This document shows positions 47,608-55,948 of a DNA stretch of 61,836 nucleotides, in pieces. Location of the stretch: the NCBI GenBank assembly GCA_018819405.1, contig JAHJQF010000001.1, forward strand, positions 973,377 to 1,035,212, given 5' to 3'. The notes below the pieces were generated by a model that did not search any database, was not told the origin of the DNA, and saw only the letters and a program-made list of their open reading frames with translations. Position 1 is the stretch's first letter. Every line of letters starts with the position of its first letter. The translations under genes were made by a program, and so were the position numbers. The DNA is from Patescibacteria group bacterium (GTDB taxonomy: Bacteria; Patescibacteriota; Patescibacteriia; UBA1558; GWA2-36-10).

Positions 47608-47635
47608 ATTTAAAAAACCGCCCTTGCGGACGGCC

Positions 47636-47694
47636 TGTCATTCCGGATTTAATCCGAAATCTCCAAGAGATCCTGAAACAAGTTCAGGATGACA
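47636..47694. repeat. TGTCATTCCGG...CAGGATGACA palindromic element, copy E2
   Basis: The 26 nt at the right end are identical to E1. It lies between the rmuC stop and micro-island D. Confidence 0.85.
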
Positions 47695-47702
47695 AATTAA
47701 AT

Positions 47703-48755
47703 TTATTCTAATCTTGGTTTTTCCACATCTTCCAGCTCAAAATTGCCGGTCTTACCGCTGATTTTGAGAATATCCTTATCTATTTTATTGAATTCCTTAT
47801 TGGAAATATTATAAGTATTGGCCACTGTGGAAAGCTGATTACCCAATTTTTTGTGATAATCGCCATAGACCAATAAATGTTTTTGAAGCAGTTCTACATT
47901 TTTTCTGATTTCTTTGGCTGACTCTTCAATCTGCAAAGCTTTGAGGCCCTGCAGTACAGTTTGCAGATACGCAGCAAAAGTAGTTGGTGAAACTATGATG
48001 ACTTTTTTTTCATTAAAAGCATAATCAATCAGCGAGCGGGTATTTACTTTGACCGCACCCACTTCATTGATGAGCAAATCATAATATATACCTTCGGCCG
48101 GAATAAACATAAAAGCAAAGTCAAGCGTATCTTCATTTGGCCTGATATATTTGCTAGTTTCATCAATTCTTTTTTTCAAATCATTTTTAAATTCTTTTTC
48201 CAGGACTTCTTTTTTGCTTTTGTCTGTTTCATCAATTATGCGACGGTAATTTTCCAAAGAAAATTTGGCATCAACCGGTAATACTTTGTCTTTAATTTTT
48301 ACTACCGCATCCACTGCTTCGCCATTTTTGAAATGATACTGCATCTCATATGATTGTGGTGGCAATATATTTGATAATATAAGTTCCAAACTGGCTTCGC
48401 CAAGATTGCCACGAGTTTTGGCATTGGTCAAAACTTTTTCCAGATTTTGCAACTGATCGGTAAAGCCGACTACTTGCTTGTTGGTTTCTTCAAGTTTCAA
48501 AAGTTTTTCGGTCATCTCCTTGGAAATACGACTGGTTTCCATGAATTGATCTTGGAGCATCTTGGAAGAATGACGTGTGGTATTATCAATTTTTTCTCCT
48601 AGTTGATTTTTTAAGTCTGCCATCTGCTGTTGGAGCATGAGTATTGCTTTGTCTTCTTTGACTTCTTGTGGCTTATTATTTTTTATCATTAGCCAAATCA
48701 CTACCCCTACCAAAGCTAGAATTAAAATTGAAGTAATAAGTGAAAATGTTTCCAT
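47703..48755 (-). CDS. rmuC: DNA recombination protein RmuC
   Basis: N-terminal TM helix, a long coiled coil and a C-terminal RmuC nuclease-like core (VDAKFSLENY, FMFIPAEGIYYD). I chose the start at METFS (48755) to avoid overlap with the upstream toxin gene. The maximal ORF reaches 48782. Confidence 0.88.
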   Translation of the reverse strand: METFSLITSILILALVGVVIWLMIKNNKPQEVKEDKAILMLQQQMADLKNQLGEKIDNTTRHSSKMLQDQFMETSRISKEMTEKLLKLEETNKQVVGFTDQLQNLEKVLTNAKTRGNLGEASLELILSNILPPQSYEMQYHFKNGEAVDAVVKIKDKVLPVDAKFSLENYRRIIDETDKSKKEVLEKEFKNDLKKRIDETSKYIRPNEDTLDFAFMFIPAEGIYYDLLINEVGAVKVNTRSLIDYAFNEKKVIIVSPTTFAAYLQTVLQGLKALQIEESAKEIRKNVELLQKHLLVYGDYHKKLGNQLSTVANTYNISNKEFNKIDKDILKISGKTGNFELEDVEKPRLE

Positions 48756-48759
48756 ATAT

Positions 48760-48999
48760 TTATAATTTATAAGTAGTATCACTGCGTTTCTCTATAGTAA
48801 TGATTTTTATATTATCATCTTTGATTTGAAATATAATTCTTATTTGTCCTTTTCTTACTCTAAAAATATTATCATAACCTTTTAGTTTTTTTATATCCAA
48901 ATCACTATAATTTCTACTCTCAATCTGTAATAATATTTTTTTAATAATTTTTTTTTGAGAGCCCGTAAACCTTTCCAACGCTTTTCTTATTTTATCCAT
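48760..48999 (-). CDS. RelE/ParE-family type II toxin
   Basis: 79 aa. LKGYDNIFRVRKGQIRIIFQIKDDNIKIITIEKRSDTTYK is a typical RelE/ParE C-terminal pattern. It lies directly downstream of a Phd-like gene. Confidence 0.8.
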   Translation of the reverse strand: MDKIRKALERFTGSQKKIIKKILLQIESRNYSDLDIKKLKGYDNIFRVRKGQIRIIFQIKDDNIKIITIEKRSDTTYKL

Positions 49000-49004
49000 A
49001 TATT

Positions 49005-49217
49005 TTACAAACGAGACAAAATTTCTTTGATATCAACGCCACCCTTTTTTATTTTTGTAAAATCAACCACTGTCTCCCAATTTTCTTCGTTTTCTAAAGG
49101 ACTAATTTTAAAAACTGGCTGTGATTTACGTAAAACGATAAAAGAATGACCTTGTTTTACTTTATTAATATAATCATCCATATTTTCCCTCAATTCTTTT
49201 AAACCTACGATACTCAT
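49005..49217 (-). CDS. Phd/YefM-like antitoxin
   Basis: 70 aa. The N-terminus is VGLKELRENMDDYINKVKQGHSFIVLRKSQPVFKISP. Confidence 0.75.
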   Translation of the reverse strand: MSIVGLKELRENMDDYINKVKQGHSFIVLRKSQPVFKISPLENEENWETVVDFTKIKKGGVDIKEILSRL

Positions 49218-49248
49218 ATCTTTTACTTTAATTATTAGTTTAATTAAA

Positions 49249-49277
49249 GATTAACATAAGATTAACTTAAAGTCAAC
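49249..49277 (-). promoter_or_regulatory. Toxin-antitoxin promoter with direct-repeat operator
   Basis: Minus strand: TTGACT (49277-49272), a 17-nt spacer, then TAATCT. The 8-mer GTTAATCT occurs twice, 11 nt apart (plus-strand agattaac at 49249-49256 and 49260-49267), across the spacer and -10 box. Confidence 0.5.
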
Positions 49278-49280
49278 CAC

Positions 49281-50099
49281 CTATCGCAAATGAAATAACT
49301 CAATCGCGTTGTTGCCGCTTATCTCAATGATTTCCTTTGTTGATAAATTTTTTATCTGCGCTATTTTTTCCGCTACCTGTCGGACATAAGCTGGCTCATT
49401 ACGCTGGCCTCTATATGGAATTGGTGTCAAATACGGCGCGTCAGTTTCAATAAGCATTTTGTCGCTTGGTATCCACTTAACAATTTCCTCCAAAACACCC
49501 GTTTTGTCAAAGGTAACAATACCGGTAAAACCCAAATAAATCCCAAGCTCCACAAATTTTTTAGCTTCTTTTAAATCACCACCATAACAATGTACTACCG
49601 CCCTCTTAATTCCTTCATCTTTTAATACTCGATAAATATCAGCATAGGCAGTTTTGTCTTCTTTGCCATTTCTACCATGGATTATCAATGCCAAATCATT
49701 ATCTTTGGCCAATCTAATATGAGCTCTAAATACTTCTTCTTGTTTGGCTTTTATTTCTTCAATAGATTTTGCTCCTTTTTCAAGACATTGCCAAAGATGA
49801 AAATAATCAAAACCAGTCTCACCCATAGCTACTACTTTTGCTTTGCCACTAGTTATCAAATCCTGATAATCATCTGGTTTGAATTCTTCATCATAGACGT
49901 GAATCGGATGAAGACCAATAGAACTAAAAAAATTTGACTCCGCCAAAGCCAAGTTGACCGCCTTGCGGCTAGTATCATAGGCCGCACCGACATTGATAAC
50001 TTGCATACCAGCCTGACGACAACGACCTATCACATCTGACAGGTCGTCTTTGTATGCCTCAAAGTTTAGATGAGCGTGACTATCAATTAACATTTTCAA
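49281..50099 (-). CDS. tatD: TatD-family metal-dependent DNase/hydrolase
   Basis: LIDSHAHL at the N-terminus, plus the ETDAPYL motif. Confidence 0.93.
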   Translation of the reverse strand: MKMLIDSHAHLNFEAYKDDLSDVIGRCRQAGMQVINVGAAYDTSRKAVNLALAESNFFSSIGLHPIHVYDEEFKPDDYQDLITSGKAKVVAMGETGFDYFHLWQCLEKGAKSIEEIKAKQEEVFRAHIRLAKDNDLALIIHGRNGKEDKTAYADIYRVLKDEGIKRAVVHCYGGDLKEAKKFVELGIYLGFTGIVTFDKTGVLEEIVKWIPSDKMLIETDAPYLTPIPYRGQRNEPAYVRQVAEKIAQIKNLSTKEIIEISGNNAIELFHLR

Positions 50100-50601
50100 A
50101 TATAGATTTTAATTGTTTTATTGCCTCTGGTATAAAAGGCTTGATTATTATGGCCACATCAATGGCAATTGTAGCTAATTTTGAATTTAAGACCAGATTG
50201 GAGATTGTATCACTAATAGGCAACAGCGACATTAGATACACCAAAGCAGATACCGCCAGACAGCCTCCCAAAAACCCAACTATTGCTCCGGACAATTTGT
50301 TTATCAAATCAATAAAAGGAATAATATGAAATATTCTATTGATGACTGAGACAATGATGCCGACTGCAATATTGACCGCCATAAATACTCCTACAAAAGC
50401 CAATATCAAAGCCAAGGCTTCGTTGTCAAAATTGGCTACTTCCATAATCCAGGCACCCACTTGCTGCATATAGTGACTGCCGGCCCATATACCAAAGATA
50501 ATTCCAAAAAATCCGCCAATGGCTCCAACTAGTCCGGTCCTAAAACCTTTCCAGGTAAAAAAGAATAAAATTACTATTAATGCAATGTCATACCAATTCA
50601 T
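50083..50601 (-). CDS. cvpA: CvpA-family membrane protein
   Basis: 172 aa. NWYDIALIVILFFFTWKGFRTGLV is a typical CvpA N-terminus. Four TM helices. Confidence 0.85.
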   Translation of the reverse strand: MNWYDIALIVILFFFTWKGFRTGLVGAIGGFFGIIFGIWAGSHYMQQVGAWIMEVANFDNEALALILAFVGVFMAVNIAVGIIVSVINRIFHIIPFIDLINKLSGAIVGFLGGCLAVSALVYLMSLLPISDTISNLVLNSKLATIAIDVAIIIKPFIPEAIKQLKSIFENVN

Positions 50602-50607
50602 TTGTTC

Positions 50608-50736
50608 CCCCGTTAAATAAAATTTAAGTTATACTTAAATTTTAAATTCAATTAATTAACTTTATTTAATTATTTATTATTAAATATATTACACACCCCT
50701 TAGTATTGCGTACAAAATTGAATTTATTTAACGGGG
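50608..50736. repeat. CCCCGTTAAATAAA...TTTATTTAACGGGG inverted repeat spanning the metG-cvpA spacer
   Basis: 14-nt perfect arms at 50608-50621 and 50723-50736. The arm begins CCCGTTA like the elements at 26333 and 37819. Confidence 0.75.
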
Positions 50737-50744
50737 TAAATATT

Positions 50745-52196
50745 TTATTTATTATTAATACGTGGAAAAAGAGGTTCTTCTGGTTTTTTTATTTTATCTG
50801 CTGTTATTATACCAATAATTTTCTCTGCTGTCTTGGGCATAAAAGGCGTTAATCCGTTAGCAATGCTATACATATCTTTAGCTAAAGATTTTAATATCCC
50901 AGGCAAAGCCTCTTTATTTTTTGAATCATTAGATTTTGCAAGTTCCCACGGCTTCTCATTTTCAATTAAAGAATTTAAATTACCTATCAACAACCATATT
51001 GTCTGTAAAGCTTCTTTAAATCTGAATTTTCTTATTTCTTCATTAGCCAATGGTGTAGGAGTAACTTTACTCCAATCAATTTTAACATCTCCATCTATAT
51101 AATTTTCTATCATATTGGTCACACGGTTGACCAGATTACCCAAGCCATTTACCAAGTCTGAATTATATATTTGCTCAAATCTTTCAATATCAAAATCACT
51201 ATCTTCAAAAGAATGCACATGCCCCAAAAGAAAATATCTGACAGTATCAGTACCATATTTAGTTGATAATTCTATTGGATCAATTACGTTGCCAAGTGAC
51301 TTACTCATCTTCTGGCCACCTACATTGATAAAGCCGTGGACAAAAAGATTTTTTGGTAATGCTAATCCAGCAGACATCAAAATCGCCGGCCAATATATAG
51401 CATGAAAACGAGTGATATCTTTACCAATCACATGGACATCTGCTGGCCAATATTTCTGATACAATTGTCCATCATTTAAATAATCTAAAGCATTAATATA
51501 ATTACTCAAAGCATCAATCCAAACATACATTATTTGTTTGTCATCATCGGGCACAGGCACTCCCCAACCGTGAGCCCGCTCAACAGAACGAGAAATAGAA
51601 AAGTCTTCTAGCCCCATTTTGATGAAACTAATTATTTCATTTTTTCTTGACTCTGGGATTATTTTGTATTCTTCTGATTCAATCAACTTGAGAAGCTTGT
51701 CCTGATAATTAGAAAGTTTAAAAAAATAATTTTCCTCTTCTACTATATCTGGCTCTTTTTGATGAGTCAGACATTTACCATCTACTAAGTCTTTTTCCAG
51801 AAGAAAAGACTCACAACCAACACAATAATAGCCTTTGTATTGTTTTTTATAAATATCTTCCGACTTACAGGCTTTCCACAATTTTTGAGCACCTTTGAAA
51901 TGTCTGCCTTCAGTAGTTCTAATAAAATCATCAAAAGATAAATTTAGATAGCCTTTTAAACTTTTAAAAACCTCGGCGTTTCTATCACATAGCGCTTTAG
52001 TCTCCAGGCCTTCTTTTTGGGCAGCTTGGACATTTTTCAAACTATTTTCATCAGTGCCAGTCACAAAATAAACATCATCACCCAACTGACGATGCCAACG
52101 CGCCAACATATCAGCTTGGACTGCTTCCAAAGCAAAACCAATATGCGGATGAGCATTTACATAAGGAATTGATGTTGTTATATAAAATTTATCCAT
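50745..52196 (-). CDS. metG: Methionine--tRNA ligase (short form)
   Basis: Class I motifs PYVNAHPHIGF (HIGH) and KMSKS, plus a zinc knuckle CVGCESF...C. Confidence 0.96.
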   Translation of the reverse strand: MDKFYITTSIPYVNAHPHIGFALEAVQADMLARWHRQLGDDVYFVTGTDENSLKNVQAAQKEGLETKALCDRNAEVFKSLKGYLNLSFDDFIRTTEGRHFKGAQKLWKACKSEDIYKKQYKGYYCVGCESFLLEKDLVDGKCLTHQKEPDIVEEENYFFKLSNYQDKLLKLIESEEYKIIPESRKNEIISFIKMGLEDFSISRSVERAHGWGVPVPDDDKQIMYVWIDALSNYINALDYLNDGQLYQKYWPADVHVIGKDITRFHAIYWPAILMSAGLALPKNLFVHGFINVGGQKMSKSLGNVIDPIELSTKYGTDTVRYFLLGHVHSFEDSDFDIERFEQIYNSDLVNGLGNLVNRVTNMIENYIDGDVKIDWSKVTPTPLANEEIRKFRFKEALQTIWLLIGNLNSLIENEKPWELAKSNDSKNKEALPGILKSLAKDMYSIANGLTPFMPKTAEKIIGIITADKIKKPEEPLFPRINNK

Positions 52197-52197
52197 A

Positions 52198-52638
52198 CTA
52201 TTTTTTAAAATCTAAGCGCATACAAATATCGTGTTCTTTGAAACCTGATTTTTCATAAAAAGGAACCAGCTCTTTTTTGCAATCCAATATTACCTTGTAG
52301 CAATTTTCTTTTTCAGCAGTCCTGATAGCCTCCAAAAGCAGTGCCTTGGACAGACCACGACCTTCATAACCGGAACGTGTCACTACATCCTCTATGTGAG
52401 CGGCGGCTTTGCCGCCGTGAAAAAATTTTGGTTCAATCAACAATTTTACAGTAGAGACAATCTGACCCTCCATTTCCGCTACAAAAAAATAGATGTTTTG
52501 TTTTTTGGCGGCAAGCCAAATATCTTTGAGTTTATCAATATCCAATATACTGATGTCGCTCATATTGGCCATAGTTTCTACAAAGCCGCTACCAGTGACA
52601 AAATCTTTTTCTTCTAGTTGCCTAACAACGAAATCCAT
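52198..52638 (-). CDS. GNAT-family N-acetyltransferase
   Basis: 146 aa with the acetyl-CoA motif VVTRSGYEGRGLSKALL. Confidence 0.85.
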   Translation of the reverse strand: MDFVVRQLEEKDFVTGSGFVETMANMSDISILDIDKLKDIWLAAKKQNIYFFVAEMEGQIVSTVKLLIEPKFFHGGKAAAHIEDVVTRSGYEGRGLSKALLLEAIRTAEKENCYKVILDCKKELVPFYEKSGFKEHDICMRLDFKK

Positions 52639-52904
52639 TAGTCTGTAATAATTATTTTCTTAGCTACTACACCATAGAGCTTATTTAGCTTTTTGGTCAA
52701 ATCACTTATTTCTGTGACTGTACCTTCTACAAGTAAAACTATCAAGCCGGTACAATTTTTGACACAAGTCCTAGACGGATTGACTCCGGTTCTAGCTAGT
52801 ATCATCTTGCCGTGCTCTGTAAAAATCTTTTGGGTATCAATCGCATAATTGTGTCTATCTTTGAGTAAAATGGTAATAGTGCCTAAATGTTTTTTACTTG
52901 GCAT
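52638..52904 (-). CDS. TM1266-family ACT-like small regulatory protein
   Basis: 88 aa. The pattern GTITILLKDRHN...IFTEHGKMILARTGV...GLIVLLVEG...LTKKLNKLYGV resembles the family annotated as putative iron-only hydrogenase system regulator. Confidence 0.5.
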   Translation of the reverse strand: MPSKKHLGTITILLKDRHNYAIDTQKIFTEHGKMILARTGVNPSRTCVKNCTGLIVLLVEGTVTEISDLTKKLNKLYGVVAKKIIITD

Positions 52905-52905
52905 A

Positions 52906-53562
52906 TTATTTATTTACAATAATTACAAATTCCCCTTTTACTTTATCGGCTTTGATCTGCTCTAAGACATCTTTGGCTTTGCCGCGATAAATAGTTTCAA
53001 ATTGTTTGGTCAGCTCACGACCGACTATCAAATCTTTGTCGCAATCTGACAAGGCAGTCAGAGCCTTGTCTATACGATGGACTGACTCAAAAAATACCAC
53101 TGGAATCTTTGATGCTTTAATCTCCTCTATCAAAGTTTGTCTGCCTTTTTTGTGAGGCAAAAATCCCAAAAACAAAAATTTGTCCATAGCAATCCCGGCT
53201 ACTGAAACCAAAGCCGTCAGAGCTGAAGCGCCTGGGATAGGGACAATCTTTGTGTCAGGAAAATTTTCTAATACTAGTTCTATAAGCTTGCCTCCTGGAT
53301 CTGATATTCCTGGCGTACCAGCATCAGTAATCAGAGCAATGTCTTTGTTATCTTCAAAATATTTTTTGAGCTTGGAAAAATCAGCCAACTGACTGTGCTG
53401 ATGCCAAGAAACTAGCCTTGTCTTGATATCATAGCGATCAAAAAGCTTTTTGCTGACCCGAGTATCTTCGGCCAAGACCAAATCTACTTTTTTTAAAATA
53501 TCAAGAGCTCTGATAGTGATATCATCTAGATTGCCAATCGGTGTAGAAACAATATAAAGCAT
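52906..53562 (-). CDS. rsmI: 16S rRNA (cytidine1402-2'-O)-methyltransferase RsmI
   Basis: MLYIVSTPIGNLDDITIRALDILKKVDLVLAEDTR is the canonical RsmI N-terminus. Confidence 0.93.
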   Translation of the reverse strand: MLYIVSTPIGNLDDITIRALDILKKVDLVLAEDTRVSKKLFDRYDIKTRLVSWHQHSQLADFSKLKKYFEDNKDIALITDAGTPGISDPGGKLIELVLENFPDTKIVPIPGASALTALVSVAGIAMDKFLFLGFLPHKKGRQTLIEEIKASKIPVVFFESVHRIDKALTALSDCDKDLIVGRELTKQFETIYRGKAKDVLEQIKADKVKGEFVIIVNK

Positions 53563-54581
53563 TATTTTTTTCTTTTATCTAATATACTTTCAACATAAAC
53601 TGTCAAAGCCAAGGTAACTGGTACAGCCAAAAGGGCACCTACTACTCCGCCCAGACGAGCACCAGTCAAAATTGCCAAAATAACCACCAGTGGATTCAAA
53701 CCCGTCGTCTTACCCATCACTTTTGGCACAATCAGATTGTTTTCTACCTGCTGAACCAGGAAATACAAAATAGCTACAGCAATTGCTTTGCCAGGGGATT
53801 GAGAAAAGGCAAAAAATACACCTGGAATGGCTGATATCCATGGACCCAAAAATGGTACTATCTCAAATATTCCAGCTACCAAAGCCAAAATTAAAGCATA
53901 TTTTATACCCATTAGTGACAATCCAATATAAACCATGGCAAATACTATAATAGACAAAAATAACTGCCCCCTCAACCAATAACCCATCCGATGTTGCATA
54001 TCAGTAATCAGCTTATCTATATAAGCCTGATTATTGGACGGTGTGATAGTTTTGATAAAACGCTTCATGGCATTTTCTTCTACTGTCAGATAAAAAGTAA
54101 CTACCAAGACCATCAAAAAACTAAAAACACCTCCAAAAATAGAAGTAACAGTTCTAAATATTCCCGAAGTTGCTGAAGTCAGACTTTTGGTAATATCAGC
54201 AAAACTGGTGCTGACTGTTTCTCTAGCTACACTTTGATCGACGCTCCTCAAATAATTTATAGTGTCTGCCAACTTGGAATAGAAATCCGGAAAAGCCTTA
54301 CCAATTTCTTTGACCTGCTCTACTATCGGTCCAGCTAATAGATAAAGTGACCAACCGACTAGAGTCAAAAACACCATATATACTCCGATGATACTGACGG
54401 TTCTAGGAATTTTTTTAGTTTGCAGCCAATCAATAAGTGGATCAAAAGCCGAGGCCAAAATTACAGCCACAAAAAATAAAATTATTACGTCTTTGACCAG
54501 AAACAAGAAACCAACTATCAAAAGTATAAATATCGTCCTGACAATAGTACCTGTGGAAATTGATATAGTTTGTTTGGACAT
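53562..54581 (-). CDS. AI-2E (PerM/YhhT) family transporter
   Basis: 339 aa polytopic membrane protein with the conserved C-terminal motif IVPKVMGKTTGLNPLVVILA. Confidence 0.88.
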   Translation of the reverse strand: MSKQTISISTGTIVRTIFILLIVGFLFLVKDVIILFFVAVILASAFDPLIDWLQTKKIPRTVSIIGVYMVFLTLVGWSLYLLAGPIVEQVKEIGKAFPDFYSKLADTINYLRSVDQSVARETVSTSFADITKSLTSATSGIFRTVTSIFGGVFSFLMVLVVTFYLTVEENAMKRFIKTITPSNNQAYIDKLITDMQHRMGYWLRGQLFLSIIVFAMVYIGLSLMGIKYALILALVAGIFEIVPFLGPWISAIPGVFFAFSQSPGKAIAVAILYFLVQQVENNLIVPKVMGKTTGLNPLVVILAILTGARLGGVVGALLAVPVTLALTVYVESILDKRKK

Positions 54582-54661
54582 ATTTTTATTTTCTTACCCC
54601 GCGCCTTTATAGCCGCAGGTCTTATTAATTATCTTCACCTCATACCTCAAAGGTGTGAGGC

Positions 54662-55930
54662 TTATTTTGTTAGTATATTTAAAAATTTACTTGTATTTTC
54701 AAACGGGCCCATGATGGCCAGATTTGATTGTGACCAGCTAATAATTATTTTAGCCATGTCGTTGACCTGCTTTAAAGTGACTTTATCCAATTCTTTTAGC
54801 TTGGCTTCCAAATCCTTGATTGGTTGGTTGATAATTTCCTGACCTAAAAGGAAATTTAGATAAGTCGGAGCACTTTCCATCTTGAGAATCATACGACCCC
54901 TCATATTATCTTTAGCTTTTTTGAGCTCTTCCTGACTGACACCATCTTTTACCAAAATATTCAATTCTTCTTTGATAGCTGTTAACGCTTCATAAATTTT
55001 ATCTTTGTTTAGACCGGCCTGCACTACAAAAGCACTAGAATCCTGATAGCCTGATAGTGAAGATTTAATAGAATAACAAAGTCCTCGTCTTTCTCTGATG
55101 TTTAAAAATAGTCTAGAGCTCATATTTCCGCCCAAAATATTGGCCAGAACCTGTGAGGCCAAGAATCTTTTATCACTACTGGCTACTGACCTAAAGCCCA
55201 ACATAAGCTGAACCTGCTCAAGTGAACGCTTGACTAGTTTTACTCGCGGTTTTTTCTGAACGGGGAATTTGACCCTGACAAACTTATTTCTCGGTTTTTT
55301 CTTTTGCAAAGGAAATAGTCTGTCTACCAACTTCAAAGCCCGTTTTTCATTGAACTTGCCGGCAATAGCAATCACGCCGTTACCAGAAAAATAATGTTTT
55401 TTATAATAATCGTACAAAGCATCTCTAGAAACAGTTTGGATATTTATTCGCGGCCCGGCAATAGATGGACCCAAATCACTATTTTCAAAAAGCAATTCTT
55501 CAAAAGCATCTTCGATATACAAAAGCGGATTATCTTCGTACATGTTTATTTCCTCCACTATCACACCACGCTCTCTATCCACTTCTATTTTTTCAAATTT
55601 GGAATTATGGAGCATATCCGAGAGCATATCAACTGCCAAAGGAAGATGAGAACTGTCTACGGTAATATAGTACCCTGTATATTCCTTACCAGTAAAAGCA
55701 TTATACTCAGCTCCAACATTATCCAACTCCTTGGAAATATCAGCGGTATTTGGACGACGATTAGTTCCCTTAAACATCAAATGCTCCACAAAGTGCGAAG
55801 CTCCATTTAAAGCCTTATTTTCCAGACGGCTACCTACTTTATATAAAACCTCAAAAGTAACCGCTTTTGTTTCTTTTTGCGGAAAAAATATAATAACTGA
55901 TCCATCACGACGGACTATTCTTTTAAACAT
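54662..55930 (-). CDS. M16-family (pitrilysin-like) zinc peptidase
   Basis: Inverted zinc motif HFVEHLMFKGT (HxxEH). Confidence 0.9.
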   Translation of the reverse strand: MFKRIVRRDGSVIIFFPQKETKAVTFEVLYKVGSRLENKALNGASHFVEHLMFKGTNRRPNTADISKELDNVGAEYNAFTGKEYTGYYITVDSSHLPLAVDMLSDMLHNSKFEKIEVDRERGVIVEEINMYEDNPLLYIEDAFEELLFENSDLGPSIAGPRINIQTVSRDALYDYYKKHYFSGNGVIAIAGKFNEKRALKLVDRLFPLQKKKPRNKFVRVKFPVQKKPRVKLVKRSLEQVQLMLGFRSVASSDKRFLASQVLANILGGNMSSRLFLNIRERRGLCYSIKSSLSGYQDSSAFVVQAGLNKDKIYEALTAIKEELNILVKDGVSQEELKKAKDNMRGRMILKMESAPTYLNFLLGQEIINQPIKDLEAKLKELDKVTLKQVNDMAKIIISWSQSNLAIMGPFENTSKFLNILTK

Positions 55931-55948
55931 ATATTAAAAAACTTTTTA

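Noticed and set aside
54582-54661. A hairpin cctcatacctcaaaggtgtgagg downstream of the M16 peptidase gene, as a regulatory element
   Set aside because: The stem is short and imperfect and has no clear U-run. It was not distinctive enough to annotate.
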